Below, piece by piece: positions 26,301 through 38,103 of a DNA stretch of 64,000 nt. The position numbers were made by a program, and so were the translations under genes. A model generated the notes under the pieces. The model worked only from the letters and a program-made list of their open reading frames with translations, was not told the origin of the DNA and did no database searches. This DNA comes from Tubulanus polymorphus (lineage: Eukaryota; Animalia; Nemertea): the NCBI RefSeq assembly GCF_964204645.1, contig NC_134025.1, positions 3,968,001 through 4,032,000 of the forward strand, read 5' to 3'. How positions within the stretch are numbered: position 1 is the stretch's first letter; each line of letters begins with the position of its first letter.

Positions 26301-29300
26301 CCTAAATGAGCAACTAAAACTTCTGAACTACTTGGAGTCTTTGGCATCACAACAATGGGAGTTTGGAATAAAGCATCGATTTTCACATTCACTTGAGAAT
26401 GATCTTCCACATCAATATTATCAATGTCTTCAGCAATACTGAATGAAAGACCATGAGTTCTGTTTCCACCATCTAAACTTAACGTACTGCCATAGAAAGA
26501 CGCCCCTAATAATTCCGACTTTTTATTCATTAATCCCATAGCTACATCAGTTGCAGCATACTTCAAAGACTCAGCAACGCTCGCCATATAATCCTTGAAT
26601 TCTGTTGCACATTCCGACATTTCATGAAGCAGTCTTGGTGAGTGGGTATAAGTAAGAGAAGCCATACGCAATAGTATGAATACTGTATCTTCCATTACAA
26701 TATCATCTTCAAACAGAGGACAGTCTTGTACAGTAGGAGATAATGGCACTTCACTGTGCTTGATTCCAGCAGTCCCTGCTTTGACTTGCCACAAATGAAA
26801 TTTGAACGCTTTATGGTCGGAATCAATTTCATCCATTCCAAGTAACATCGATTCATGCGCAGTCTTATACATATCAGGATGAAATGATTGAGTCATTGAT
26901 GAAGTGGTCTCCGAACTGCTTATAGGATCGGATCCTACCGTGAATATCTTCTGATGTTTTCTACCTTCTGGTGTCAGATCCATCAGTTGCAGGCCCCCTA
27001 GTGATCCTTGAACCTCGACAATATTTCCTAAACGAAATTAAATAATGAAGTAGAAAACCTACACGCATCCATGAAATACGTACCAAAATCATTTGTTACG
27101 ACTTACCTAATGTGGCCTGAATTTTAGCACCAGTCAAAGTAGCAGTTGCTACTTTTTTCCCAGTTGATTGTCCATTCACGGTTAGTGCGCGCATCAGTAG
27201 AATATTCAAACGATGAAATTCAGCAGTCACTTCAGTTCTCGTGGAACTAGACTGAAAATAATAGTCATTATCAATGAATTACAAATAAAGTACACAATAA
27301 TGATAAACATCTGTAGCGAATTTATTAAATGAATACGTACTGCTATCTCTGCGTCTAAAGTAACATCAGCGGCTTTGGATTCCTGCTGGTTTTTATCCTT
27401 ATCGCTATCACCAGGCATAACACGATTAGCAAAACTAATAAGTTCAACCAATGTTTGCTGATTAGCTAAAAACAACACAAAAGTTTTTTAAATACTTGCA
27501 TTGTAGCTATGTACCAATAAGTGCAAAAGGTGCAGACATGATGTGCTTACCAATAAGATCGAGGCTGTTAAACTGAATATTCATAACTTGTATGGTTTCA
27601 TCAGATGGATTTGCAGGGCAGTGAGGACTTGTTACATCAAATTCAATAGTTATCAAGGCTTCCTGGCCACTTTCTACATGGATAGGTTGGAATGTATATT
27701 CTGTAAAATCTGGTGATCGCGGGGAAGTGGCACTGAAATTAACAATACATTGACAAATAGAGATTTAGAAAAGTTTTACACTTCTCAAAAGTAATGAATT
27801 TTTGATTACCTGGGAGGAGATACCGAGAAGTTTACTGAGTGAGGTACTGGGGTTGATTGTTTACTTTTGATTCCGGCTAGGGATTGGAATGCACTACTCA
27901 GAGCTGATTTTAGACTGTTCTGACTTTGGTTCAGTGATTTCGGATTCATCATACTTTCACTGGGAGACTGAGGAGATACAGGTGATTGAGGAGATACTGG
28001 TGAACTAGGATCAGAACCATAGATGCTACCACTACGGCTGTCCAAACTGAAAACCAAATTGTATCAGATTAGCTGTTGCTCTATGCATGGATATAAAGCT
28101 TACACCACAGACAAGGAAAATAATTGGTATTTTACCTGATGAGGCGATGTGAAGCAACCAATAATTCAAAATCTGAACCATAAGTCTGAATAGCATCAAC
28201 AACTAGTAGACTATGCACAGTGAGTGACATGGCTGAGTCATAAGGACGTTTTGTGAAATTAGCTTTTGCTCCAGAAACCTGGAGTTCTGCAACTGGTCGT
28301 CCTGTAACAATAGATTATTACATGAATTAAGTTCGACAGTTTTCAACCAAAATCATTGTGTATTTATCGTAAAACACCAATTCTCACCTCGACTTTGAAT
28401 TTCTAATTTCAGTTGATTGATGGAAAAGTTTGTGAGAAGAAGACGTGACTCTTCATTTATAACTCTTCCTGCAGAATCTGTTTCTGATAATCTGAATGAA
28501 TAAACACCTCGGTATATTAGAACAAGTATGTCGCTTCAAACAAGATAACTGATCTAGAGCCATTTTAACATTACTTACCCTGCTCGACTGGATGCATGGG
28601 GTCGAGTGTAATCATGTACATTCTGGTTTGGTGCTGAATTTTGTGTAGTTCGTGCTGGATCCATTAACAAGCCCATACACATCCTCAATGCTTGAATCTG
28701 AAATAGACAATACAACATTAATTTTTAAATTCTAAACATCGTTTGTACGACATCCATAGAAAAACAGTAGTACCTTCTGTTCATTAACATGAATTACTAG
28801 TTCTGGCAATGATCCAGACAAACTTGTTGCAGGAAATTGTGGATCAGTAGTATAGACAAGACGCCTAAAAGAAACCATAGCATATCTACTATAAAAACTG
28901 GTTTACTATAAATCATCGGAAATTATCATTGAACTTTCTTACCTTTCGAACTGGACAGAAATATTGAATCGGTCAACCAAATGTAAACGACCAGCACCTT
29001 TAAAGTGACTCTGTCTCCAATTATCTTTCGCACGACCGACCATAACTTGCAAATCACTTAAATTAAGTGAGTATCTAAAAATCAAAACATGAAGAAGGGT
29101 TATGCGTCATCCATGTTGCCATAATCGTAGATATTGTATAACATGTGCAACTTACTTGTCATAGATCTTATTTTTGATGGCTATTTCAGGAAAGTTGCCC
29201 GAAAACAGTTCTGTTAGTGAAGGACTCTCTTCGACTGTAGTTTCCTCTGGTGTTGAAGATGGTGTCGCAAAATTGTCTGTAACAATAGAAAATGAGTTGA

Positions 29301-32300
29301 ATAAATCTGCCATATGGGGTATTCTAAATAATAACCAATGATAATTACCTTCAGAGTCATCACGTTTCAGATCAAAATTGTATCCTGCCGGCCCAATATT
29401 CCTGAATGTCAGATGTCCGAAGTTGAAGATCACAATTGTTGTATTCGGATCAGTAAAATTCTCAGGAACGTGTATTTTAGGAGCAGATATATCCAGATTT
29501 ATAGCCCATCTCCTTCTCTGAAGCTGTATACAGAAATCAGGATGGTTGCATTAGAATTCTGTTTTTAATTGTTAACACATAGCATTTAGGTTATTACTGA
29601 CCTTTTCTTCTCCTTCCAACATTTGTTCCCAAGTGTGTTGAATTCCGGCTTTGGTTTGGTTTTTTAGTTGTTCATATCGGCTTTTAGCAGCAGACGCCAG
29701 TTTCAACTCAGAATGACGAGATGGCAAAACATGCTTCCGTGAAAAGAAAGCCCTGATGCGTTCCATTGCAGCCGGGTTGTAAAACATTTCCAATGGTTTT
29801 GTTATTATTGACAACCTGTAGAATCAATCAATCAAGATCAAATGAATATTTTGACATCGTTAATGTCTCTAACCAATGATAAGAACATTCTTTACCTGTG
29901 ATCTGCAATACTGTCCTTTGGTTTCTTCTCATATGTTAGACTAAAAAGTGTTTCCTCATTAGCATTAGTTGTTTCTTGTACAGCAACTAGATTCAGATTG
30001 CCTTGAGCTAATGAAATACCACGATCCTGAAAATAACAACATTATGATACCGGTATTACTTTCAACAATTGATTATAGATTTTGTATTTATCAAAATGTA
30101 ATTTGCTTTCTTATGTACCTTTTTCTGGGGAGCTAAGATTACTGGAAAAAGGCTGCCTTTAGTGAACATGTCTGTTACTCGTATACTGCCGACATTAATG
30201 CCAAATTTGTAAGCGTTATATCGCGGCCGAGATTCAAAGTTCATTTCAACAGTAGAGCATTCAACTCCAATGATACTGGTCTTTTCACCATCCTGAGAAC
30301 TGAAGAGTTTAAATGTCCCCGACTTCAGGCAAAAGTTCACGTTTAAGAAAACTGCATCTCTTCTCAATAGAGTGTTGTTCTCTTCGGATTCAGTAAGCAT
30401 GTCCATAACTTCCTGATCTGGAAAGTAAATGATGACTCACATGAATCCTTTACATCCTTTGCATCCGATGCATCAAAAATATCACCAGCCTTTGATCATT
30501 TGAATGTGAGAATTTTGACTGAATGTAAATATGAGATTCATATTTTACCTAATTCAGAAGCAGTTTCAGCAGGCGGTATTAACGTTTCACTATTCGATTC
30601 ATCAGTCGGTTCAAAGGCGAGATCTTCTTGGGATAATTGAATATCTTGGGGTGAGCTGTACCCGTACCAGCCCCACCATCTTTGCCATATACCACGTTGT
30701 TGTTGCTGATCAGTTGATGACTGTTCGACCACTTGAACAGGCTATAATCAAACATTTCACCATGTCATAAAGAGGAAAGATGTTGGTATTTCTGACAGAT
30801 GAATCTAATACAAACCGTTTGTTTTGAAGATATCTGTTTGGCAGCTTGTTCCATCGCAACCTCCCTTAGGATACGAATTTCATCGAAAGAAAGCTGGTTT
30901 TCCATCTGATTTCTCAAAGTCTTTAAAGGAAAAATGAATTATAAGCGATACTAGATAAAAATATCAGGAAATTGTTAACAATAAACTGTCTAAAATACTG
31001 AACCTTAGACGATTCTTCATCTGTTCCAGAAACTAAGTATTCGGTATAAGATTTTACATAAGACACATTATCACGTGCTCTCTGATGCATGTATTCTTTA
31101 GTTCGATGTCGATTCTTTTCTTGAATTTCAACCAAAACGCACTTAATTGCAAACCACCAATACAACAGAGCCCTGAATATTGGATAAACGAAAGTATAAC
31201 TGTCATGCATTAATGAAAGAATGAACGATTTACTAAGATTATGAATACCCTACTTTTTCTTGACTTTAGCTGTTGGTTTCCATTTCCTGTACTTCAGCAA
31301 TTTCTCAAATCTGTCAAATTCCTTTAACCAGAGAATAACTCCTTTGTGCTGTTGATTGGTTAGTGTTACTGGTATACTTTCTAGCTGAATATCCAACAAG
31401 ATTCGTGGGTTATTTGGGTTGCGCAGTGGCAGAGGAGTAGTAAATCTCTTCATTTTAGCTTGAGCGGAAACTGGCTCTAAAATATATTCATGCTCCTGAA
31501 GAAGAAATGTTAAATATATCGTGAAATAAATTATTTACAGTAATCATCACACTATCGAAGATCAGCGAAAAGTTAGTTTCCAGTAACCTTGAATTGCTGG
31601 GTTGATTCAGAAAGACAGACACCTCTTCGTAACATATCCTGGAATAGAAATATACATTTACATCTCTCTTCAGTTAACTAATCCTCAGTAAACTAAATAA
31701 AACAACCAATATAGCTGGACTCCATTCGACATACTTACTGTCATTTCAGCACGAGGTAGGTCACCAACTAACTGGGCATCTGGATCCCAGTAAACCGAGA
31801 AATCTTTGAGATCGACAAGTTTATGCATTGTTTCTGATTGATTGTGGTGGACAAAGCTTGGAACCTGCAATTTTATCATACAGTAAAATTTAGCACCAAC
31901 TAAAAATCATTGTAAATACCAAACATTCACAACAAGTCTATGTACACTGACTTACCCAATTGTGATCCGTACTTTGGGCGGAAAGACCCTTAATAACAAT
32001 ACCGCAAGCAAAACTATTACCAGGTATCGTAATATCATCTTCATAGCGCAGATGTACATTATTTATGTTTAACTGAAAAGGATGGAATATATTCAAGATA
32101 AAGAAATTTATTTCATCAGGTTTCATAACTATCGCTATCTTACCTGTAGATTTTCAATTATGTTCGTTCCGAGTGAAGTTGCATAACTAAACCACGAGGT
32201 CCCTTGCTGCACACCTTTATGTTGCATCTAGAACAATATAACAATCGTATATAATACTATATCATATATGATTATTGATTTGAGAGGCACAGTGGCCGAA

Positions 32301-34484
32301 TGGTTTAAGCCGCCGATCACTGGTCTCGTCAATCCAGGGTTTATGGATTCAGGGGTTCCAGTGATCTGGTCCATAAAAAAAATAGGAAGAGTGTCCAGAA
32401 ATAGGAAAATTTCATAGAATATATAGGATATCCATCAGAAAATAGGACTTTAATATATGAAGAGAGGATACAACCTGCAGCATCATATTCACAGATGTCT
32501 CCAATGAACTTCAGTAATCTGAAACTAGAAAACAAAATTAATTCATTACATTTTTTCATTTCTTTTTTTGGAAAGAAATATTTCACAATTAACTGATTGA
32601 CAGCAGCAACTCATAATACATCGTAGTGAGGTACCCGGTAAATACAAAAGGTATCACAGTATTACTATTTAAAATCTTATCTACAGTGGAACCTCGTTAT
32701 AAAGAACCCTGATATAACGATTTATCGGTTAACTATAAATATTGTCCCGATTGGTGGATTTATTACAATTATCACCTGATATAACAAACTAGATTTCAGT
32801 CCCATGGAGATTGTTATATCGAGGTTACACTGTATAAACTTACAAACATAATGTCACTGCACACAGCTAGATCACACTAGAGCATCCCTGTGGTGATACT
32901 TGGCAATGTATACCTGAGGCGGACCCAAAAGAATTAGCATTATAATCAAGAAATGTTTGGATGAAAAGAGATTGACTTCTCGACCGCCTCTGGTTATACA
33001 TGATTGTTACCCTCATATAGCCAAAGCCCAGTTGCACTGCAACATGTGACATTTTGAACAAAATCAATGGGCATGTTAGGATATGAAGATTAGAAAAGAA
33101 GTTATATAGCCAGGACTTACCGAACATGAATGCTGCAGGTTCTACCAAACACTCAAAATGGTGTTGCACATCATATGAAAAGATATAAAGAACATTTTTG
33201 TCGATAAAAAGTGGTCGACGAGCTGGAAAATGAGAGAAAATAGGACAAATAGGACTTTTTCATATAAAAATAGGACAAAATAGGACAAGCACTGAAAAAT
33301 AGGAAAAAATAGGAAAATAGGACCACTAGAAGCCCTGTGGATTCAAACCCTGGTGGCGACAGAGTTTCTTGATCGAAGGTTCTTCTCTGGTCTCTCCCTC
33401 GTTGAAAAAAAAAGAAACATCGAACCCGCTTATAATGCCCTGCGTGGCGCTTAGCGGGATGAGTGTTGAAAAAAAAAAATTATTCATTTAAAACAGGATA
33501 TAGGAGGTCCTGGAGGTCCTTACCTGCCATTTACTCTCTAAAGCATCAAGTTGAGCTTTCTTTGACTGTTCTTCTCTTTCCTTCTCTTTTGCTTCATCGT
33601 ACTAGAATATTAAACATCTGACAGTTAAACAGCATCAAAAGGAGACAAAATCTAAGCAAAGTTAATAAATGCTTACCCTATCAGGAGTGACAGGTCCGGC
33701 AACAAGATAGACATTATCTAAAGAGATCACCCACGGTTCGCTCTTAATCTTCCTCACCGGTACTTTCAAAGTAATACGGCCGACATATCCTGAAAATGAG
33801 TTATTTTTCTAAATCCTACCTTCGAACTTAGATCGCATTGAGAACAAATCAACATTCGATATAGATCCATACTTAATTTACTATGACTATTACCGTGAAT
33901 TGCACATATCAATATACATTATAATATATACAACGACAATAATAAGAGATTCACACCATCTTCCAATAAATGATTCACTATCATATACTACGATAGAAAT
34001 CAAATAAATTACTTGCTTGAATGACACAATAACATCATTTGACTTGAAACAACATTGCCATGAAGCGATTCACTTTAAGTGCCATAAGACGGCAGATATT
34101 TGAGTTGATGGTTCTCCCAAAGCTGACTGAGGGGAGTTCATCTTTTAAACCTATGCTGTATGGTAAAGTTAGCGGTTGGAAGATTAGACTTGTTTTTATC
34201 TGATTTTGAAGTATACAAACCTGATTTGACTTGCAATGGTAAGCCTAAATGGTTCAACGCACTTTTCTTCAAAGGTAAGTTTTCTAATTCGAGTGCACCT
34301 GAAAAATGATTCATAACAATTATACTAATTGTTCAACACACTTACTATAGTATACATGCTAATAAGAGTCTCTATAACAAGGCCTACCTTGTAAGATCCC
34401 GATAGAAAGTTGATCAGTATTCAGGTTTTCCAAATACTCGCCGATGTATGTATTCAAAACCCAGGCAGCTATACCTTCCAACAT
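11366..34484 (-). CDS. VPS13D: Vacuolar protein sorting 13D, bridge-like lipid transfer protein, dozens of exons
   Basis: Chorein-N start [33 protein letters not shown] (ATG 34484). UBA domain ([16 protein letters not shown]...[10 protein letters not shown], ~21190-21310), diagnostic of VPS13D. VAB region ([26 protein letters not shown]) and ATG2_C-like [14 protein letters not shown]. Ends [26 protein letters not shown] 11366-11368. Confidence 0.96.
16745..16759 (-). CDS. VPS13D: Candidate 15-nt in-frame microexon of VPS13D
   Basis: cttgcag|TGCTGCCAGATATAA|gtaagt, phase 2-2, inside an unusually long (586 nt) intron, no stop codon. Confidence 0.6.
   Translation of the reverse strand, partial: CCQI
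19615..19650 (-). CDS. VPS13D: Candidate 36-nt in-frame cassette exon of VPS13D ([12 protein letters not shown])
   Basis: tttcttcaatttatttcag|ATG...TTA|gtgagt, phase 0-0, inside a ~1.3 kb intron (18702-20008). Confidence 0.4.
32350..33337. mobile_element. Non-autonomous hAT-like DNA transposon, 988 bp, 6-bp TSD
   Basis: TIRs CAGGGGTTCCAGTG..GGTCC and GGACCACTAGAAGCCCTG. TGGATT duplicated at 32344-32349 and 33338-33343. Subterminal AAATAGGA arrays at both ends. No transposase ORF recognised. Confidence 0.8.
32684..32832. mobile_element. Tc1/mariner (pogo/Tigger-like) MITE nested in the hAT-like element
   Basis: TA|CAGTGGAACCTCGTTATAA ... TTATATCGAGGTTACACTG|TA. Confidence 0.85.
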
Positions 34485-34889
34485 CCTAAAAGCATATGAT
34501 ATACAAAACTTAGAGGAGAATGAGAATGATTCAGTAGTCTTATCTGTTGTTAGGTACCCCTGTCGAAATTTAACAAACAAGACAAAAAATGACAGATGAC
34601 AAGTCATACCGAGGACTCAGTCAGCACATTGGTCATCCTTACAACCGAGACAACAAAATTTACTGTGATGACATGAGATGCAGCAGCAGAGGTCGCGGTG
34701 GAGGGGAACTCTTCAACAGTCAGTCACAACTGACCACACAGCACAGCGCCTCATATCTCTCTTCACCATTGTGTATATGTAACATTCGGATGCAGCAATC
34801 CAGCAATGTACTACACAGATACAGATTTGGATTGGAGAATGGATTGATGTGTGTGGGAGAGCTCCACTCCTCCACCAGGACACACACCG

Positions 34890-35373
34890 GATTTTAGTTT
34901 ATAGGTTCGCTGGAATATCCTGTAAAGTTTAACTCATATTCTGATGAGGTAAATGAATAAACACTTCTTCATATACGCACCTAATTGAGGTATTTCAGGG
35001 CTTGAGATTTGACAAATTTGGGTTTTTAATCCGTTTCAATCCAGTTTTCGTTCTATCATGTTTTCTGTTTTAAGAATTACTTCCGCCTATGTAATATAAA
35101 AATCTGTAAATTCACAACAACAAACAAACATTGGGCTTCATCCGCTTTATTGACGACATATATGATTACTTTAAATAAGCGCTTAATATTTTGATATGAT
35201 ATTTTGCTTTTAAGTGAATCAAATCTACTTCATAATTGAAACTCATTTAATTCCCTTTTGTACATCATAAAATCTACGTTACACAGCTTATTCACTTCCG
35301 GGTTTGTAAAGACGCCGGTCACCGCGTGTGAAACATTTTTTGGTTACATCATCGAATAATCTAACTATAACAG
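34890..35373. promoter_or_regulatory. Bidirectional promoter region VPS13D / PHB1
   Basis: Divergent ATGs 890 bp apart. The VPS13D ATG follows an acceptor (ttttag|gATG), with a candidate 5' UTR donor near 34640. ETS/GABP-like ACTTCCG motifs at 35079 and 35294. Confidence 0.55.
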
Positions 35374-37416
35374 ATGGCTGCTATCTTCAATACAGTTGGT
35401 AAACTAGGTTTAGGACTTGCTGTTGTCGGCGGCGTGGTTCAATCTGCTCTTTATAACGGTAAGAAAACGATTGACGAATATCCGTGTACCAACTATAACT
35501 AAAAATCAATCAAATCAAAATGTAGTGTCTTCATTGACGACCTTTTTTTCTCAAATGAATAGTCGACGGTGGACACAGAGCCGTTATATTCGATCGATTC
35601 CGAGGAGTGCAACCAAATGTAATCGGTGAAGGAACCCATTTCCTAGTTCCATGGGTTCAAAGACCGATCATCTTTGATTGCCGATCGAGGCCGAGAAACA
35701 TTCCAGTTGTAACTGGTAGCAAAGGTAATTATCCGCTTTATTGTAATTTTCGTTCTTTTTGTGCTCTGTGCACAATGTTACTACTTTTAGAGCGATAAAC
35801 TGAATTATCTACTAAACCATCCAGGGTACCAATATCCTCATTCGCGATAATTTTTTAATTATTTCAGATTTACAGAATGTCAGTATTACGCTTCGTATCC
35901 TGTTCAGACCGAAAATTGACCAATTACCGAAAATTTACATGAATTTGGGAGAAGACTACGACGAAAGAGTTTTACCATCTATTACTAATGAAGTGCTGAA
36001 GGCTATTATAGTATGTATCTATCTACATGTTGGTCTCGCTCTGTGGAAAATTTGGCTCGGTGATTTTAAGAATTTGCAGTAGTTTCAGAAATGACTACCA
36101 CCGCTATTTGAAGAAAGTACCTGCTCTTTATATGACAAAAAATACATGTACTGACTCCCTAAAAGGTCAAAAAAGCTTTCAAAATCAGAATCATTTTCTG
36201 GTTTATTTTCATCAATTACAGTAGAACCCGCTTGATTTGGATTGTTTGCAAGCTAGGAAATTCATCCGATTTATTAGAAATCCTGATAAAACATCATATA
36301 TATTTTGCATGAATTTATGTATTAAATGAACCATAAATGATATCTGGGTTAAACTGGATGAATTGGGAGTTTACCGAGTTTTTATGTCATATTACTCACA
36401 TTTGTGGTAGAAATGACGATACCACAGGTATGCTAGGCTAGTCGGGTCTGAATTTCACACATTTGACGGATGATGATTTTTATTTCAGGCTCAATATGAC
36501 GCCAGTGAATTGATTACTCAAAGAGAACATGTATCTCAGAAAACTCGTGAAGTTTTATGCGATCGTGGAGCTTCATTTGGGCTCATCATGGACGACATTT
36601 CTTTGGTAAGTTTGCTAAGTTTGATGGATGAAGGATGTTTCTGCTGCGAATAATGAAATTTGTTAAGTATAGAAATTGATTTATTTTATTGTAGACTCAT
36701 TTGGCATTCGGAAGAGAATTTACTGCCGCTGTTGAGATGAAACAAGTTGCGCAACAAGAGGCCGAACGCGCTCGATATAATGTTGAAAAAGTATGTATCT
36801 TAGTTAATTAACGGGTCCTCTAAATTAACAAGTCCTCTAAATCGAATTGCCTCTAATTTTGAGAAATTACTCAAAAATAGAATTCCTTGAAACTACTTAA
36901 ATTCGAACAGAGAGTCTTCATTAATTTCAGATTTCAAAGTCAAAGTTTTTCTTTTTTGTGAATATAAAATTCCCTGTCCTGATTAGCTTTATCACCTACA
37001 GACTAAAACTTAGTAAAATGGACCCGATTTCTAATACAAATTACCATAGAACTCAAATCGAAGTTCTATGAAATTCCACATTGTGTTGGGATAATGCGAA
37101 ATACAGTTAAATTCCGATACAGCTAACTTCAGGCATCCAGAATGTTTGATCTTTTTAACACCAGCAGTTCATCATAGTCTGTATGAATTCTTTGTAATTT
37201 CAGGCTGAGCAGCAGAAGCGCGCTGCTATTATAGCGGCTGAAGGTGACTCTAAAGCTGCTGAGCTGTTAGCCAAGGCTCTCGGAGATTCTGGAGATGGTT
37301 TAGTTGAGCTTAGGAAAATTGAAGCGTCTGAAGACATCGCGTATCAATTATCACGTGCACGAGGAGTTGTATATTTACCAACAGGACAGTCGACTCTTCT
37401 CAATCTGCCTCAGTAA
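35374..37416 (+). CDS. PHB1: Prohibitin 1, 6 coding exons
   Basis: [45 protein letters not shown]...[38 protein letters not shown]...[12 protein letters not shown]...[41 protein letters not shown] near 37630. Confidence 0.97.
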
Positions 37417-38103
37417 TAACCCGGTTTATTCGTGCTAGGAAGCTTTCATTTGCAGTGATAAGAATTTTTTGTTTAGTTCGATAATTTCTCTGTGGCATAA
37501 ATACACTCAACATCATGAGCTAAATAAACAAACTAAAACCTGGGACAAAATGCTGAATATTTCGAAAGATATGAACAAGTGTAGTGTGTGTAACTAATTA
37601 TAATGTATCTGTACATTTGTAGTATCAGTGAATAAATTGTTATATAGTACATTACTGTTTTATTTATAATCTATTTTTATTTATATTGTTGATAGCGAAG
37701 TCCATCCGTAATCGTAATGTGTATCAGTCACGTATTCTGTTTGATTCGTCGGTTTCGACACCGCTATATAGTTTTCATATGTGCATCGAATACGGGTGGC
37801 TCCAACAATATCAAAATCCCAGTTTTCGGAGACGGCTCCGCATAGATTCGGTCCAATGTTCGTCAAGCGACTTTGTTTCAGGTCATGCATAAAATGACTA
37901 CGATCTTTTTCCCTTAACTACATTTATTTAAATTGATGATAGATTACTTCAGAAATCTATAAAATCAATTTGCTTATTTCAAATTTGCACGTTTTCAATA
38001 TACAAAATCGAGTATCACAGAATGAATTTTTCAGTCGGCAGCAACGAGTTGAATATATACAGTGAAACACATTCGAAATTAATTCAGCACATTGGAATGC
38101 GAA

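Larger units (their letters stand above)
32286..33479 (+). mobile_element. tRNA-derived SINE (~200 bp when rejoined), split by a DNA transposon insertion
   Basis: Head GGCACAGTGGCCGAATGGTTTAAG (A box). The B-box-like GGATTCAAACC is restored by joining 32349 to 33344. Poly(A) tail ends at 33479. Near-identical flanks ATTATTGATTT (32271-32281) and ATTATTCATTT (33479-33489). Confidence 0.8.

Noticed and set aside
32286-32349. Possible tRNA gene
   Set aside because: No canonical anticodon arm or acceptor stem. It continues into a non-tRNA body and poly(A) tail, so it is a SINE head.
32867-33169. 100-aa ORF inside the hAT-like element
   Set aside because: No recognisable transposase motifs.
36218-36380. 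Possible Tc1-like MITE in PHB1 intron 3 (TACAGTAGAACCCGC...)
   Set aside because: The right-hand TIR is too degraded to define.
36408-36458. Box C/D-like motifs (ATGACGA...CTGA) in a PHB1 intron
   Set aside because: Box C is imperfect, the span is too short for a typical snoRNA, and no rRNA guide was recognised.
37681-37892. Overlapping 68-69 aa ORFs between PHB1 and ABCG5
   Set aside because: Most likely ABCG5 3' UTR. No splice support or recognisable homology.
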